Source of the DNA: Alphaproteobacteria bacterium
Lineage (GTDB): Bacteria; Pseudomonadota; Alphaproteobacteria; RF32; CAG-239
Reading direction: 5' to 3'
Length of the DNA stretch: 64,000 nt
Assembly: GCA_017460085.1 (NCBI GenBank)
Contig: JAFUBQ010000003.1
Coordinates: forward strand, 187,142-251,141
The notes beneath the pieces are model-generated. The model was not told the origin of the DNA, ran no database searches, and was given only the letters and a program-made list of their open reading frames with translations. Made by a program: the position numbers and the translations under genes. The stretch's first letter is position 1. Every line of letters starts with the position of its first letter. Shown here piece by piece: positions 9,477 through 19,131 of the stretch.

Positions 9477-9601
9477 TTCAGTTCTCCCCTAAGAATGCCG
9501 AAACGCTGTTTCTGCCGCATTCTTAACGTTACTTAGAGGGATGTTTTCCCCCTTTCCGAAAATTAATTAAGCATATTTTGTAAAAAAAGACAAGTTTTAT
9601 G

Positions 9602-9630
9602 TTGCATTTGTAAAAAAAATTATGTATATA
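9602..9630 (+). promoter_or_regulatory. Sigma70-type promoter for tRNA-Leu
   Basis: TTGCAT-N17-TATATA ends about 13 nt before the tRNA 5' end. Confidence 0.55.
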
Positions 9631-9643
9631 ACTTATCAGCAAT

Positions 9644-9730
9644 GCGCTTGTGGCGGAATCGGTAGACGCTGCAGACTTAAAATCTGTTGGGATTTATCCC
9701 GTGCCAGTTCAAGTCTGGCCTAGCGCACCA
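9644..9730 (+). tRNA. tRNA-Leu (anticodon UAA), class II with a long variable arm and encoded CCA
   Basis: GCGCTTGTGGCGGAATCGGTAGACGC D-arm. Anticodon loop CTTAAAA. Long variable arm. TPsiC GTTCAAGTC. 3' ...GCGCACCA. Confidence 0.85.
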
Positions 9731-9741
9731 ATAGTAAAATA

Positions 9742-9780
9742 AAGGCTTTCACTATTTTGGGTGAGAGCCTTATTTTTTTT
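9742..9780 (+). terminator. Rho-independent terminator after the tRNA
   Basis: AAGGCTTTCAC-loop-GTGAGAGCCTT followed by T9. Confidence 0.7.
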
Positions 9781-9871
9781 GAGCAAAGCTTAATGTTAAT
9801 AAAAAAAAGTCTTATTCTTGACATTTAGGCGTAAATGCTTATACATTCGCGAATATAAAGGAGTGATATTG

Positions 9872-10816
9872 ATGAAATATGCTTTTGTATTTCCGGGGCA
9901 GGGTGCACAGTTTGTCGGTATGGGTAAAGAGCTGGCCGATAATTTTGTGACAGCACGTGAGGTTTTTTCCGAAGTTAATGAAGCATTGTCCCAAGATTTA
10001 CTTAAAATCATGATCGAAGGGCCAGATGCTGAATTGACCATGACGGCAAATACACAGCCGGCTTTGATGGCTTTTTCTATGGCTATTGTACGTGTTTTGG
10101 AACACGATTTTGGGCTTAAGCTTAAAGATAAGGCCGCATTTGTTGCCGGTCATTCATTGGGTGAATATTCGGCAGCTTGTGCCGCAGGTGTTTTTTCTCT
10201 TGCAGATACGGCAAAACTCTTACGCATACGCGGGCAAGCCATGCAAAATGCCGTGCCGTTAGGTAAGGGCGGTATGGCTGCAATTATCGGATTGTCGTAT
10301 CAAGATGTCGGTGCATTGGTTGATGCTTGCTCAAACGGGCAGGATATTTGCGTTGCCGCCAACGATAATTCTGATGGACAAGTAGTTCTTTCCGGAGCAA
10401 TAGGAGCAATTGACCGTGCTATGGAAATTGCAACGGAATTTGGGGCGCGGAAGTGCGTTAAATTAGCGGTTAGTGCGCCGTTTCACAGCCCTTATATGGC
10501 GCCGGCTGCCGATGTTATGGCGCGGGCTTTTATGGAAATTGAAGCAAATGATGCACAAATTCCGCTGATTGCTAATGTTTTAGCAGAGCCTATTACACAG
10601 CATAAAGAAATTATTAAACAGCTGATTGCTCAGGTGACCGGTACCGTGCGTTGGCGTGAGACGATGGACTTTTTACATAAACAAAACGTAACTGACGTGG
10701 TTGAGCTTGGTGCCGGTAAAGTTCTTTCCGGGCTTGTTAAACGCAGTTACAAAGATATTAACGCAATCTCGGTCGGTTCAATTTCAGAAATTGAAGAACT
10801 GGCTAAAAATTTATAA
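9872..10816 (+). CDS. fabD: Malonyl-CoA--ACP transacylase
   Basis: MKYAFVFPGQGAQ..., active-site GHSLGE, AAGGAG RBS. The track ORF starts earlier at an in-frame codon. Confidence 0.9.
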   Translation: MKYAFVFPGQGAQFVGMGKELADNFVTAREVFSEVNEALSQDLLKIMIEGPDAELTMTANTQPALMAFSMAIVRVLEHDFGLKLKDKAAFVAGHSLGEYSAACAAGVFSLADTAKLLRIRGQAMQNAVPLGKGGMAAIIGLSYQDVGALVDACSNGQDICVAANDNSDGQVVLSGAIGAIDRAMEIATEFGARKCVKLAVSAPFHSPYMAPAADVMARAFMEIEANDAQIPLIANVLAEPITQHKEIIKQLIAQVTGTVRWRETMDFLHKQNVTDVVELGAGKVLSGLVKRSYKDINAISVGSISEIEELAKNL

Positions 10817-10831
10817 AGAAAGGATGAAAAT

Positions 10832-11569
10832 ATGTTCAGATTAGATGGAAAAGTTGCCTTAATTACCGGTGCTGCCGGTGGCTTAGGGCATAAAATTGCT
10901 CACACATTGCACGACCAAGGTGCAATTTTGGCTTTGACGGATATGAATGCTGAGCGTTTAGAAGCTCTTAAGCAAGAGTTAGGCAGTAATGCTGAGTGTT
11001 TTGTGGCAAATTTAACCGATGCTGAAGCCGTTAAAAATTTAGTGGCTGAAGTAGAAGAAAAAATGGGGCGCATAGATATTTTGGTAAATAATGCTGGTTT
11101 AACTCGCGATAATTTATTTATGCGGATGAGCGACGAAGATTGGCAGTTGGTTTTAGATGTGAACCTTTCAGCCGGTTTCAAATTAGCACGTGCGGCAGTT
11201 CGCGGAATGATTAAGCGCCGTTTCGGCCGCATTATCGGTATTGCTTCTGTTGTTGGTGTTATGGGTAATGCCGGTCAAGCCAACTATTCGGCTTCTAAGG
11301 CCGGTATGATTGCCATGAACAAATGTTTAGCTCAAGAAGTCGGCTCACGCGGGGTAACTGTTAACTCAATTGCACCGGGGTTCATCAGAACGCCAATGAC
11401 AGATGTTTTGCCTGATGATGTTAAAGCTGCTTTGCTTGCTAAAATTCCAGAACAAAAATTGGGCGAGGCACAAGATATTGCTAATGTTGTTGCATTTTTG
11501 GCCTCTGACGAAGCGCAATATATTACCGGCCAAACAATTCATGTTAACGGCGGTATGGCAATGATTTAA
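10832..11569 (+). CDS. fabG: 3-oxoacyl-ACP reductase (SDR)
   Basis: TGAAGGLG Rossmann motif, catalytic YSASKAG, and a NAG motif. Confidence 0.9.
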   Translation: MFRLDGKVALITGAAGGLGHKIAHTLHDQGAILALTDMNAERLEALKQELGSNAECFVANLTDAEAVKNLVAEVEEKMGRIDILVNNAGLTRDNLFMRMSDEDWQLVLDVNLSAGFKLARAAVRGMIKRRFGRIIGIASVVGVMGNAGQANYSASKAGMIAMNKCLAQEVGSRGVTVNSIAPGFIRTPMTDVLPDDVKAALLAKIPEQKLGEAQDIANVVAFLASDEAQYITGQTIHVNGGMAMI

Positions 11570-11592
11570 CGCCATTTAACTGCTTATCAACG

Positions 11593-11630
11593 AAAAACTG
11601 CTGAGTGCTTTTTACTCGGCAGTTTTTTTT
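11593..11630. terminator. Bidirectional intrinsic terminator between fabG (+) and acpS (-)
   Basis: AACTGCTGAGT-loop-ACTCGGCAGTT flanked by an A-run and T8. Confidence 0.65.
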
Positions 11631-11643
11631 GTGGAGTGTATAA

Positions 11644-12036
11644 TTATTGTTCAATAACCACCATAGCTTGAGCGAACGGATAGTCATCACTTAAACTGAT
11701 GTGTAATTTAGCTTCAGGTGCAAATTTATATAAATGTTCAGCCGCAGAACCGCATATTTTAAGAAAGGGTTTGCCCAAGTCATTATGTAAAATTTGAATG
11801 TCGTGCAAAAAAATTCCTTCAATAAAACCGGTACCTAATGCTTTGGCAAACGCTTCTTTAGCGGCGTAATATTTTGCGAGGGTGCAAGCAAGAGTGCGTT
11901 CATCGGCAATTTTTTTTTGTTCTAATTCCTGCATTTCTTCAGCACCTAAAATTTTGTTTTGAAAATGCTGCAGAAAATCTGGCGTCTGTTTGATGCGCTC
12001 AATATTAACAATGTCACAACCTAAGCCGATAATCAT
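11644..12036 (-). CDS. acpS: Holo-ACP synthase (4'-phosphopantetheinyl transferase)
   Basis: MIIGLGCDIVNIERI... at 130 aa. Confidence 0.85.
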   Translation of the reverse strand: MIIGLGCDIVNIERIKQTPDFLQHFQNKILGAEEMQELEQKKIADERTLACTLAKYYAAKEAFAKALGTGFIEGIFLHDIQILHNDLGKPFLKICGSAAEHLYKFAPEAKLHISLSDDYPFAQAMVVIEQ

Positions 12037-12047
12037 TACATTTTTCC

Positions 12048-14192
12048 CTATCTGGTTGCACGCGCCACATAGCTGATGAGTTTTGATGATTTCAAGCTCA
12101 TAATTAACGTGTTCAGCTGCTCCACGTTTTTTACCTCAATATCAAGCAAAATTTCATAATAGCTCATTGTGCGGTAAGTTATGTTCAAATTCATAATATT
12201 TGCTTCGGCTTTGGCCACAATGTTTGCAACATCGGCTAATGCCCCAGGTTCATTGCTGAGCATAAGTTTTAAGCGGGCCACGTGTTTTTCATGTTCAGCT
12301 TCATCACCCCAATCAATATCCAGCCAACGTTCCGGTTCTTTTTCATAATTTTTCAATGAAGGGCATTCAACCGTATGTACAGTTACGCCTTTACCGGTGG
12401 TTACAATACCGACAATTCTATCACCCGGCAACGGGTGGCAGCAACCGGCAAAATGCACCGCCATACCGTCTATTAAGCCTTTAATTTTCAGAGCATCTTT
12501 TTTGTTTTCTTTTTTAAACGTAGGCAATTTTATGGAGCTGACCATTTTTTCCAATTTGGTCTGTTGTTTATATGCCGGATGAACTGCGCGCAGAACGTCC
12601 CAACCGGTAACTAAGCCTTCGCCGACTTTGGCATATATGTCATCTACTGTTTCTGCTTCAAATCGGCTGAGAACATTTACCAAATCTTTTTCTGTATAAG
12701 TTTGGTCTTCTGATTTGAATAATTTTTCTAAGATTTCTTTGCCGAGGGTTATAAACTGCTCACGTTTATTTATACGCACATAGCGTCGAATTGCCGCTTT
12801 TGCTTTGCCGGTAACAACAAATCTATCCCATTCAAGCGATGGATGCTGATTTTTGGCGGTAAGCACCTCAACTTGGTCACCATTTTGCAAAATAGTACGC
12901 AGTGGTTTAATTTCGCCATTAATGCGAGCACCAACACAAGTGTCACCAACATTGGAGTGCACAGCATAAGCAAAATCTACCGGTGTAGAACCGACAGGCA
13001 AACCGATTAAATCTCCTTTTGGGGTAAAGCAAAACACTTGGTCATTATACATTTCCAGTTTTGTGTTTTCTAAAAATTCATCAGGATTTTGCGCTTGTTC
13101 CAAAATTTCCAACAGCTCGCGAATCCAGCGGAAATTTTTACCTTCAGTGCGTTGCCCTTGTTTATAGGCCCAGTGGGCAGCCACACCTTTTTCGTTAACT
13201 TCATGCATTTCATAGGTTCTGATTTGCACTTCAATGCGCACATCTAAAGGGCCGATAACGCCGGTATGTAACGACTGATAACCATTTGGTTTTGGCGTGG
13301 AAATATAGTCTTTAAAGCGCCGCGGTACCATATGATATTTGCTGTGAATTATACCTAAGGCCTGATAGCAATCGGCAACCGTATCAACACAAATGCGAAA
13401 AGCCATAATATCGGAAAGCTGTTCAAACGAAGCATTGCGCAGCTGCATTTTGCGCCAAATGGAATAAGGCGATTTTTCACGGCCGGTAATGGTGCATTTT
13501 ATGCCGTTATCTGCCATATCTTTTTCCAATTGCTGTATAATTTGCGGCACAACATTGCTGCCTTGTTCGCGCAAAAAGTTTAAGCGTGCCACAATAGAGT
13601 CGTGAGCTTCTTTATAGAGTTCGGCAAAGGCAATTTCATCCATTTCCGACTTTACTTCTTCCATGCCTAAACGTTCAGCCAACGGGGCATAAATATCCAG
13701 CGTTTCTTTAGCAATGCGTGCGCGTTTATCTACGGGGCAAAAATGCAATGTGCGCATATTATGTAGGCGGTCTGCCAATTTTATCAGCAAAACGCGGATG
13801 TCTTCCGACATTGCAAGTAATAATTTACGGAAATTTTCTGCTTGCTTACTGGAGCCTGATTTGTGTTCAATCATTGCCAATTTAGTTAACCCGTCTACCA
13901 ACTGAGCAACTTGTTCTCCGAACAAATCTTTAATTTCTTCCAGTGTGGTATCGGTATCTTCTACCGTATCATGCAGCAAAGCAGCAATAATTGATGCGCT
14001 GTCGAGTTTGTATTTTGTTAAAATACCCGCCACTTCAATTGGGTGAGAATAATAAGGGTCTCCGGAAGTACGTAATTGTGAACCGTGTTTTTTAAGCGCA
14101 AAGACATATGCCCTGTTTAATGCATCTTCATCCGCATAGGGGTCATAAGACTTAACTAAATCAACAAGTTCATATTGCCGTAGCATTGCCAT
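12048..14192 (-). CDS. spoT: Bifunctional (p)ppGpp synthetase/hydrolase (RelA/SpoT family)
   Basis: 714 aa with an HD domain (HDTVEDT), synthetase domain, TGS and ACT regions. Confidence 0.9.
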   Translation of the reverse strand: MAMLRQYELVDLVKSYDPYADEDALNRAYVFALKKHGSQLRTSGDPYYSHPIEVAGILTKYKLDSASIIAALLHDTVEDTDTTLEEIKDLFGEQVAQLVDGLTKLAMIEHKSGSSKQAENFRKLLLAMSEDIRVLLIKLADRLHNMRTLHFCPVDKRARIAKETLDIYAPLAERLGMEEVKSEMDEIAFAELYKEAHDSIVARLNFLREQGSNVVPQIIQQLEKDMADNGIKCTITGREKSPYSIWRKMQLRNASFEQLSDIMAFRICVDTVADCYQALGIIHSKYHMVPRRFKDYISTPKPNGYQSLHTGVIGPLDVRIEVQIRTYEMHEVNEKGVAAHWAYKQGQRTEGKNFRWIRELLEILEQAQNPDEFLENTKLEMYNDQVFCFTPKGDLIGLPVGSTPVDFAYAVHSNVGDTCVGARINGEIKPLRTILQNGDQVEVLTAKNQHPSLEWDRFVVTGKAKAAIRRYVRINKREQFITLGKEILEKLFKSEDQTYTEKDLVNVLSRFEAETVDDIYAKVGEGLVTGWDVLRAVHPAYKQQTKLEKMVSSIKLPTFKKENKKDALKIKGLIDGMAVHFAGCCHPLPGDRIVGIVTTGKGVTVHTVECPSLKNYEKEPERWLDIDWGDEAEHEKHVARLKLMLSNEPGALADVANIVAKAEANIMNLNITYRTMSYYEILLDIEVKNVEQLNTLIMSLKSSKLISYVARATR

Positions 14193-14204
14193 TCCTTAAT
14201 ATTG

Positions 14205-14251
14205 ATACAAAAAAAGCAAAACATATATTTAGGCGTATCATGTTTTGCTTT
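14205..14251 (-). terminator. Intrinsic terminator/attenuator between rpoZ and spoT
   Basis: On the minus strand: AAAGCAAAACAT-N15-ATGTTTTGCTTT followed by TTTTTTTG. It sits in the 84-nt rpoZ-spoT spacer. Confidence 0.5.
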
Positions 14252-14276
14252 CATAAAAGTTAATTTTTAATGATAA

Positions 14277-14732
14277 TTATTCTAAATCATCATCAAAATC
14301 ATCATCGCCTAAATCAGCTTCTTCATCCATATCAAAATCGGCATCTTCATCTAAATCCATGGCATCATCATCACCGCCGTGAATTTGCATTGAGCCTGTC
14401 AAGTCTTCATCACTGAGCATATCGCTGGAAAAAGTTTCGCCCAAATCAGCTAATTCTTTTTGCGCTGACATAATTTCAACTTCTTCATTATCGGTTTCAT
14501 CAGTTTCAACAAACTTTTGCAGCCCCATGACCAATGAATGCTGTAAATTTTCAATACTGACTTTATTTTCGGCAATTTCGCGTAAGGCTACAACCGAATT
14601 TTTATCATTATCGCGTTCAACGCAAAGTGGTGCGCCGGCAGAAATATCGCGGGCGCGCTGTGCCGCAATCAGAACCAAATCATAACGATTAGGAATTTTA
14701 TCAACACAATCTTCAACAGTAACTCTTGCCAT
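14277..14732 (-). CDS. rpoZ: RNA polymerase omega subunit with a long acidic C-terminal tail
   Basis: [30 protein letters not shown]... matches RpoZ. The last 45 aa are D/E-rich ([26 protein letters not shown]). Confidence 0.85.
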   Translation of the reverse strand: MARVTVEDCVDKIPNRYDLVLIAAQRARDISAGAPLCVERDNDKNSVVALREIAENKVSIENLQHSLVMGLQKFVETDETDNEEVEIMSAQKELADLGETFSSDMLSDEDLTGSMQIHGGDDDAMDLDEDADFDMDEEADLGDDDFDDDLE

Positions 14733-14811
14733 TTTTATCCCTTTTATAGAAGTTATACATTGATGACTTTATACAAACTATCTTCAATAAATGCAAGTGT
14801 TTTTTTGTTTT

Positions 14812-15918
14812 TTATTTATGCTGAGCCAAATGTTCTAAAAACTTAATTTGAATATCGGCAATTTGTTTGACGCTGTTCAAATTAACAAATTCATCAGATG
14901 CATGCATGCCGTCGCCGCTGCCTGAGTGCATAATCACTGTTGAACCTTTAAGAGCAAATGTTCGCGAATCGGTAGCTCCGCCGATATGTTCAAATTCAAT
15001 CGGCTGGCCCAAAATATGTTCGGCAAAGCGTTTATAATCTAAAATATAGGGATTATTTTCATCTATAACTACCGGTGTGGAAGCTGAAACAATTTTATAT
15101 TCAACGCCTTTTACCAAACATTTTTGCAAATTTTTTTCTAAATCTTCAACGGTAGAGTTTTCGGTTAAGCGAAAATCGAGCAGAGCTTCGGCATAATTAG
15201 AGATAATATTGGAAACTTGCCCGCCCTCAATTTTTGCCATATGCACCGTATCAAACCAAGTGTTTTGCGGCTGCGGTAAATCTGCGGCATAATAAGGATA
15301 AATTTGGCGAATATTTTGCCATGTTTGCAGCAATATTTCGTTAGCATCTATGCCGGACCAAGGCGTTGAACTGTGGGCTTCTTTGCCGGTTGCAATTAAT
15401 TTTACAAAAACCGGATTTTTGCACTTTGTAACTATTTTGGTAATATCGCCGCCAACATCATTATCAAGCACAATTTTTGCCTTAATTTGAGGATATGCGG
15501 TTAAAAACGAATCGGTTGATTTGCTGCCTTTTTCTTCATCGGTGGAAAGAATAACTCCGAATTTAAGCGGCAATTTATGAGTAGAAACATATTCCATGGA
15601 ATTAAGTGCAACAGCGGCAAATGATTTCATATCCAAAGTGCCGCGGCCATACATATTTTCTCCTTTAATTACAGGTTCAAACATTGCATCATCGGCAGGA
15701 ACAACATCAATATGCCCCAAAACAAGCACATCAAATTCCAGCGAATCGGTATTACGCAAAAATATTACCGGTGAAGCTGTAGATTGAAAAATTTCTACTG
15801 AAACATCGGTAGCGGTGAATTTGTTTTTTATATAGTCGCAAGCTTGTTTAATTTCCTTAGCATTACCGGTGATGGTGCGGAAACGGATTAAATCTTGAAT
15901 TGTTGCTACTAAGTCCAT
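14812..15918 (-). CDS. M20-family metallopeptidase (ArgE/DapE-like)
   Basis: 368 aa. HIDVVP metal-binding motif and a dimerisation domain. Confidence 0.7.
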   Translation of the reverse strand: MDLVATIQDLIRFRTITGNAKEIKQACDYIKNKFTATDVSVEIFQSTASPVIFLRNTDSLEFDVLVLGHIDVVPADDAMFEPVIKGENMYGRGTLDMKSFAAVALNSMEYVSTHKLPLKFGVILSTDEEKGSKSTDSFLTAYPQIKAKIVLDNDVGGDITKIVTKCKNPVFVKLIATGKEAHSSTPWSGIDANEILLQTWQNIRQIYPYYAADLPQPQNTWFDTVHMAKIEGGQVSNIISNYAEALLDFRLTENSTVEDLEKNLQKCLVKGVEYKIVSASTPVVIDENNPYILDYKRFAEHILGQPIEFEHIGGATDSRTFALKGSTVIMHSGSGDGMHASDEFVNLNSVKQIADIQIKFLEHLAQHK

Positions 15919-15989
15919 ATGTTTTTTTACCTTTCATTTTGCTGAATTTTTACCATTTATTTAATATATGTACGGCATATTGATTTAAA

Positions 15990-16517
15990 ATGAGTAAAAG
16001 GATGTATAAAATGAAAATTATCGTAAAGATATTGATGGCAACTCTTTTTTGTTGCGGTATGGCGGGGGTGGCGCAGGCTGAAGACGAGAGCGAAACGGGT
16101 TTAGCTTTGCCGCGCATGGTTTCTTTGCGCTCCAGTTTAATTAATGCGCGTTCCGGTCCGGGAAGCCGTTATCCGATTGATTGGGTTTATAAACAAAAAG
16201 GCGCTCCGGTGGAAATTATTGCCGAGTTTGAACTGTGGCGTAAAATTAAGGACTGGGAAGGTTCTGAAAGCTGGGTGCATAAGGCAATGCTTTCGGGACG
16301 AAGATTTGTGAGAGTTAATAATGCCGGTAAAAATAACCTATATGCCGAACCTAGTGAAGAAGCAAATATTTCAGCTTATGTTGAAGACGGTGTAGTTGGT
16401 GAGGTTGATAAATGTCCGGCTCCTAAAAGTATGTGCTTAATCAAATTTGATAATGTCAGCGGGTGGATGCCGCGAGATGTTTTGTTTGGCGTTTATGCCG
16501 ATGAGGTAATTAAGTAG
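15990..16517 (+). CDS. Secreted SH3-like domain protein (DUF1058-type)
   Basis: Signal peptide ending AQA, and an SH3b-like fold. Position upstream of the xer gene is conserved in alphaproteobacteria. Confidence 0.55.
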   Translation: MSKRMYKMKIIVKILMATLFCCGMAGVAQAEDESETGLALPRMVSLRSSLINARSGPGSRYPIDWVYKQKGAPVEIIAEFELWRKIKDWEGSESWVHKAMLSGRRFVRVNNAGKNNLYAEPSEEANISAYVEDGVVGEVDKCPAPKSMCLIKFDNVSGWMPRDVLFGVYADEVIK

Positions 16518-16519
16518 TT

Positions 16520-17464
16520 GTGAAACAAACAATAAAATTTTTTGCCGATGACAGCTTGTTGCCGCTGATTAAGCGGTGGCAAGATTATCTGTTGAAAGAA
16601 CGTTTATATTCTGAGCATACTCTTGATGCATATTCGCGTGATTTAGCTATATTTTTGCAAAAAATCAGCCAAGATGAAAAAATTGGGTTAGAATATTTAG
16701 AAAAGCTTGATGTTCGTGATTTTCGCCGTTTTTTAAGCAAACGCGCGGCACAAAATATTAACAAGTCATCTGTTGGGCGCGAGCTTTCGGCTGTTCGCAG
16801 TTTTTTTAAGTGGCTTGATACAAATAATATTATGAAAAACAGCGCTATAAGCGTTATTTCTACACCGCGACAAGCTAAAATTTTACCGAAAGCATTAGAT
16901 GCCAAAGATTCGTTTGCGTTGCTTGACGAAGTGCAGGATATTGCGGCTTCCGCGTGGCAAGGGCTGCGTGATAAAGCAATTTTTATGCTGCTTTATGGCT
17001 GCGGATTACGCATTTCTGAAGCCCTTGCCATAAATGTTGGTGATATTTCTGCTCAAAGCACTTTTTTGCGCATTAGAGGTAAAGGAAACAAGGAACGGAT
17101 TGTTCCTCTTTTACCGATTATCTGGCAGAATATCGAAGCTTACCTTGCCAAATGCCCATATGCTCCCGTTGAGGGGGAAGCCTTGTTTTTGGGCGCTCGA
17201 GGCGAGCGGTTAAGTCCGCGGATTATACAGCGGCAGATGCAAAAATTACGTTTGCTTCTGGGCCTTTCCGATAATTTGACGCCCCATGCCTTACGTCACT
17301 CTTTTGCAACTCAGCTGTTGGCTGCAGGAGTTGATTTACGCTCAATTCAACAATTGTTAGGTCATTCATCCTTAATCACAACCCAGCGCTATACTGATGT
17401 TCAAACTGAAACTTTGCAAAAAGAATATGATAAAGCTCATCCGCTTGAAAAGGCTGAACATTAA
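16520..17464 (+). CDS. Tyrosine site-specific recombinase, XerC/XerD family
   Basis: R...HxxR...Y catalytic set (RHSFATQLL, LGHSSLITTQRYT). No flanking mobile-element genes, so it is read as a chromosomal dimer resolvase. Confidence 0.8.
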   Translation: MKQTIKFFADDSLLPLIKRWQDYLLKERLYSEHTLDAYSRDLAIFLQKISQDEKIGLEYLEKLDVRDFRRFLSKRAAQNINKSSVGRELSAVRSFFKWLDTNNIMKNSAISVISTPRQAKILPKALDAKDSFALLDEVQDIAASAWQGLRDKAIFMLLYGCGLRISEALAINVGDISAQSTFLRIRGKGNKERIVPLLPIIWQNIEAYLAKCPYAPVEGEALFLGARGERLSPRIIQRQMQKLRLLLGLSDNLTPHALRHSFATQLLAAGVDLRSIQQLLGHSSLITTQRYTDVQTETLQKEYDKAHPLEKAEH

Positions 17465-17527
17465 AATAAAAAAAGGTTCGGGCAACTGCCAAAACCTCTT
17501 TCTTTGCAATCGTATATCAGAAAAAAA

Positions 17528-17695
17528 TTATTTTAATTTCTTTTCAACGAACTCTTCGTGTTTGCGAGACTTTTTATCAAACTTTTTCATAGTCATCTTT
17601 TCCGGATGAGTACGCGGATTTTTTTCTGCGATGAAGAAAGTGCCGGTTCCGGCTGTGCTTTCCATTTTTACTTTAATCTTTACTGCTTTTGCCAT
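17528..17695 (-). CDS. rpmG: 50S ribosomal protein L33
   Basis: Hand translation of the minus strand gives MAKAVKIKVKMESTAGTGTFFIAEKNPRTHPEKMTMKKFDKKSRKHEEFVEKKLK (55 aa). It is absent from the ORF track because it is under 60 aa. Confidence 0.85.
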   Translation of the reverse strand: MAKAVKIKVKMESTAGTGTFFIAEKNPRTHPEKMTMKKFDKKSRKHEEFVEKKLK

Positions 17696-17816
17696 TTTTT
17701 TACTCTTTTCAAAAGTTATTCATTAAAACATTTAGGCGCAGTATACATATTTTACGGCGCTTGTCAATAGACTTTTTCAGACTTTTTAAGTTTTTTTAAT
17801 TCTGCAAAATATATTG

Positions 17817-19127
17817 TTATGTCACTTTATGCATAATTGGAGATTTTATTGTTGGTTGTGTATCGCTTATTATAATAGCTTTATTAAATACAGTAGCCGC
17901 TTTTTCATATTGTTCTTCCGTTTGGTAGTGGACAATAGCCAGCGGTGTTTTGACATCAACTTTTGCTCCTATTTGCACAAAATCGGTATAGCCGGTGGCC
18001 AAATCTAAAGGCTGATTAGGCACAGTGCGTCCGCCGCCGAGTTCAATAATGCTCAAGCCAATGGCACGGGTGTCCATAGCCGCAACAAAACCTTCACCTT
18101 CGGCAAATATCGGTTTTTGGTGCAAAGATTGCGGCAGATATGCATCGGCTTTTTCCACAAAGTCTGTCGGCGCACCCAAAGCCGCGGCCATTTGCGCAAA
18201 TTTTTCTAAAGCACGGCCGGAAGACAAAGAGCTATCAATAACTTTTGTTGCTTCTTCCTCAGAATTACAGCGGCCGCAGCGGCACAACAGGTCAGCACAC
18301 AGGGCGCGGGTAATTTTATCTAAACGCGGGTCAATGTTTTTTTGCTGCAGATAGGCAAGGGCTTCTTTAATTTCAAGGGCATTGCCGACGGCGTTTCCCA
18401 AAACCTGATTCATATCCGTTAGAATTGCCGCGGTTTTTGTGCCGGCACCATTTGCTACGGCAACAATGGATTCGGCCAAAGCTTTAGCATCGGCAAAATT
18501 GCTCATAAAAGCACCATTGCCGCATTTTAAATCCATAACCAAATATTGCAGACCGGCCGCTAATTTTTTGGAAAGAATCGAGGCGGTAATCAGCGGAATT
18601 GATTCTACGGTGGCGCATACATCGCGAACGGCATAAATTTTTTTATCGGCAGGTGCTAAGTTTCCGGTTTGTCCAATAATGGCGCAGCCAATGTTTTTAA
18701 CAACTTGCTGAAATAAATCGGTATTTGCCGCAGTGTTATAGTTAGGAATGGATTCCAGTTTATCAATAGTGCCACCGGTATGTCCTAAGCCGCGGCCGGC
18801 AATCATCGGAACATATACATCGCATGCCGCTAAAATTGGCGCCAGCATAAGGCTTACTTTGTCACCGACACCGCCGCTGGAATGCTTATCAACAATCGGT
18901 TTATTAAAACCTTTCCACGATAAAACTTCACCGGAATTACGCATAGCCAAGGTTAAGTCTATGGTTTCTTGAGGCGTGAGCCCGTTCAAAAATATTGCCA
19001 TTGTCATTGCTGCCACTTGTTCATCGGAAACTTTGTGTTGGCACATACCATTGATAAAATCTTCAATTTCGGCACGCGAAAGTTGTTTTTTATCACGCTT
19101 ATGGCGAATAATTTCCTGCGGTAACAT
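17817..19127 (-). CDS. deoA: Thymidine/pyrimidine-nucleoside phosphorylase
   Basis: 436 aa. HSSGGVGDKVSLMLAPILAAC phosphate-binding region. Confidence 0.85.
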   Translation of the reverse strand: MLPQEIIRHKRDKKQLSRAEIEDFINGMCQHKVSDEQVAAMTMAIFLNGLTPQETIDLTLAMRNSGEVLSWKGFNKPIVDKHSSGGVGDKVSLMLAPILAACDVYVPMIAGRGLGHTGGTIDKLESIPNYNTAANTDLFQQVVKNIGCAIIGQTGNLAPADKKIYAVRDVCATVESIPLITASILSKKLAAGLQYLVMDLKCGNGAFMSNFADAKALAESIVAVANGAGTKTAAILTDMNQVLGNAVGNALEIKEALAYLQQKNIDPRLDKITRALCADLLCRCGRCNSEEEATKVIDSSLSSGRALEKFAQMAAALGAPTDFVEKADAYLPQSLHQKPIFAEGEGFVAAMDTRAIGLSIIELGGGRTVPNQPLDLATGYTDFVQIGAKVDVKTPLAIVHYQTEEQYEKAATVFNKAIIISDTQPTIKSPIMHKVT

Positions 19128-19131
19128 CGTC

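Noticed and set aside
16520-17464. Tyrosine recombinase as a marker of a mobile element
   Set aside because: The XerC/D-type catalytic motifs, the conserved SH3-protein neighbour, and the absence of att-like repeats or cargo argue for the housekeeping dimer-resolution recombinase.
17397-18008. Plus-strand ORFs 17397..17609, 17558..17770 and 17814..18008
   Set aside because: They overlap rpmG and deoA on the opposite strand. They are AT-rich and have no RBS. rpmG and deoA explain the region.
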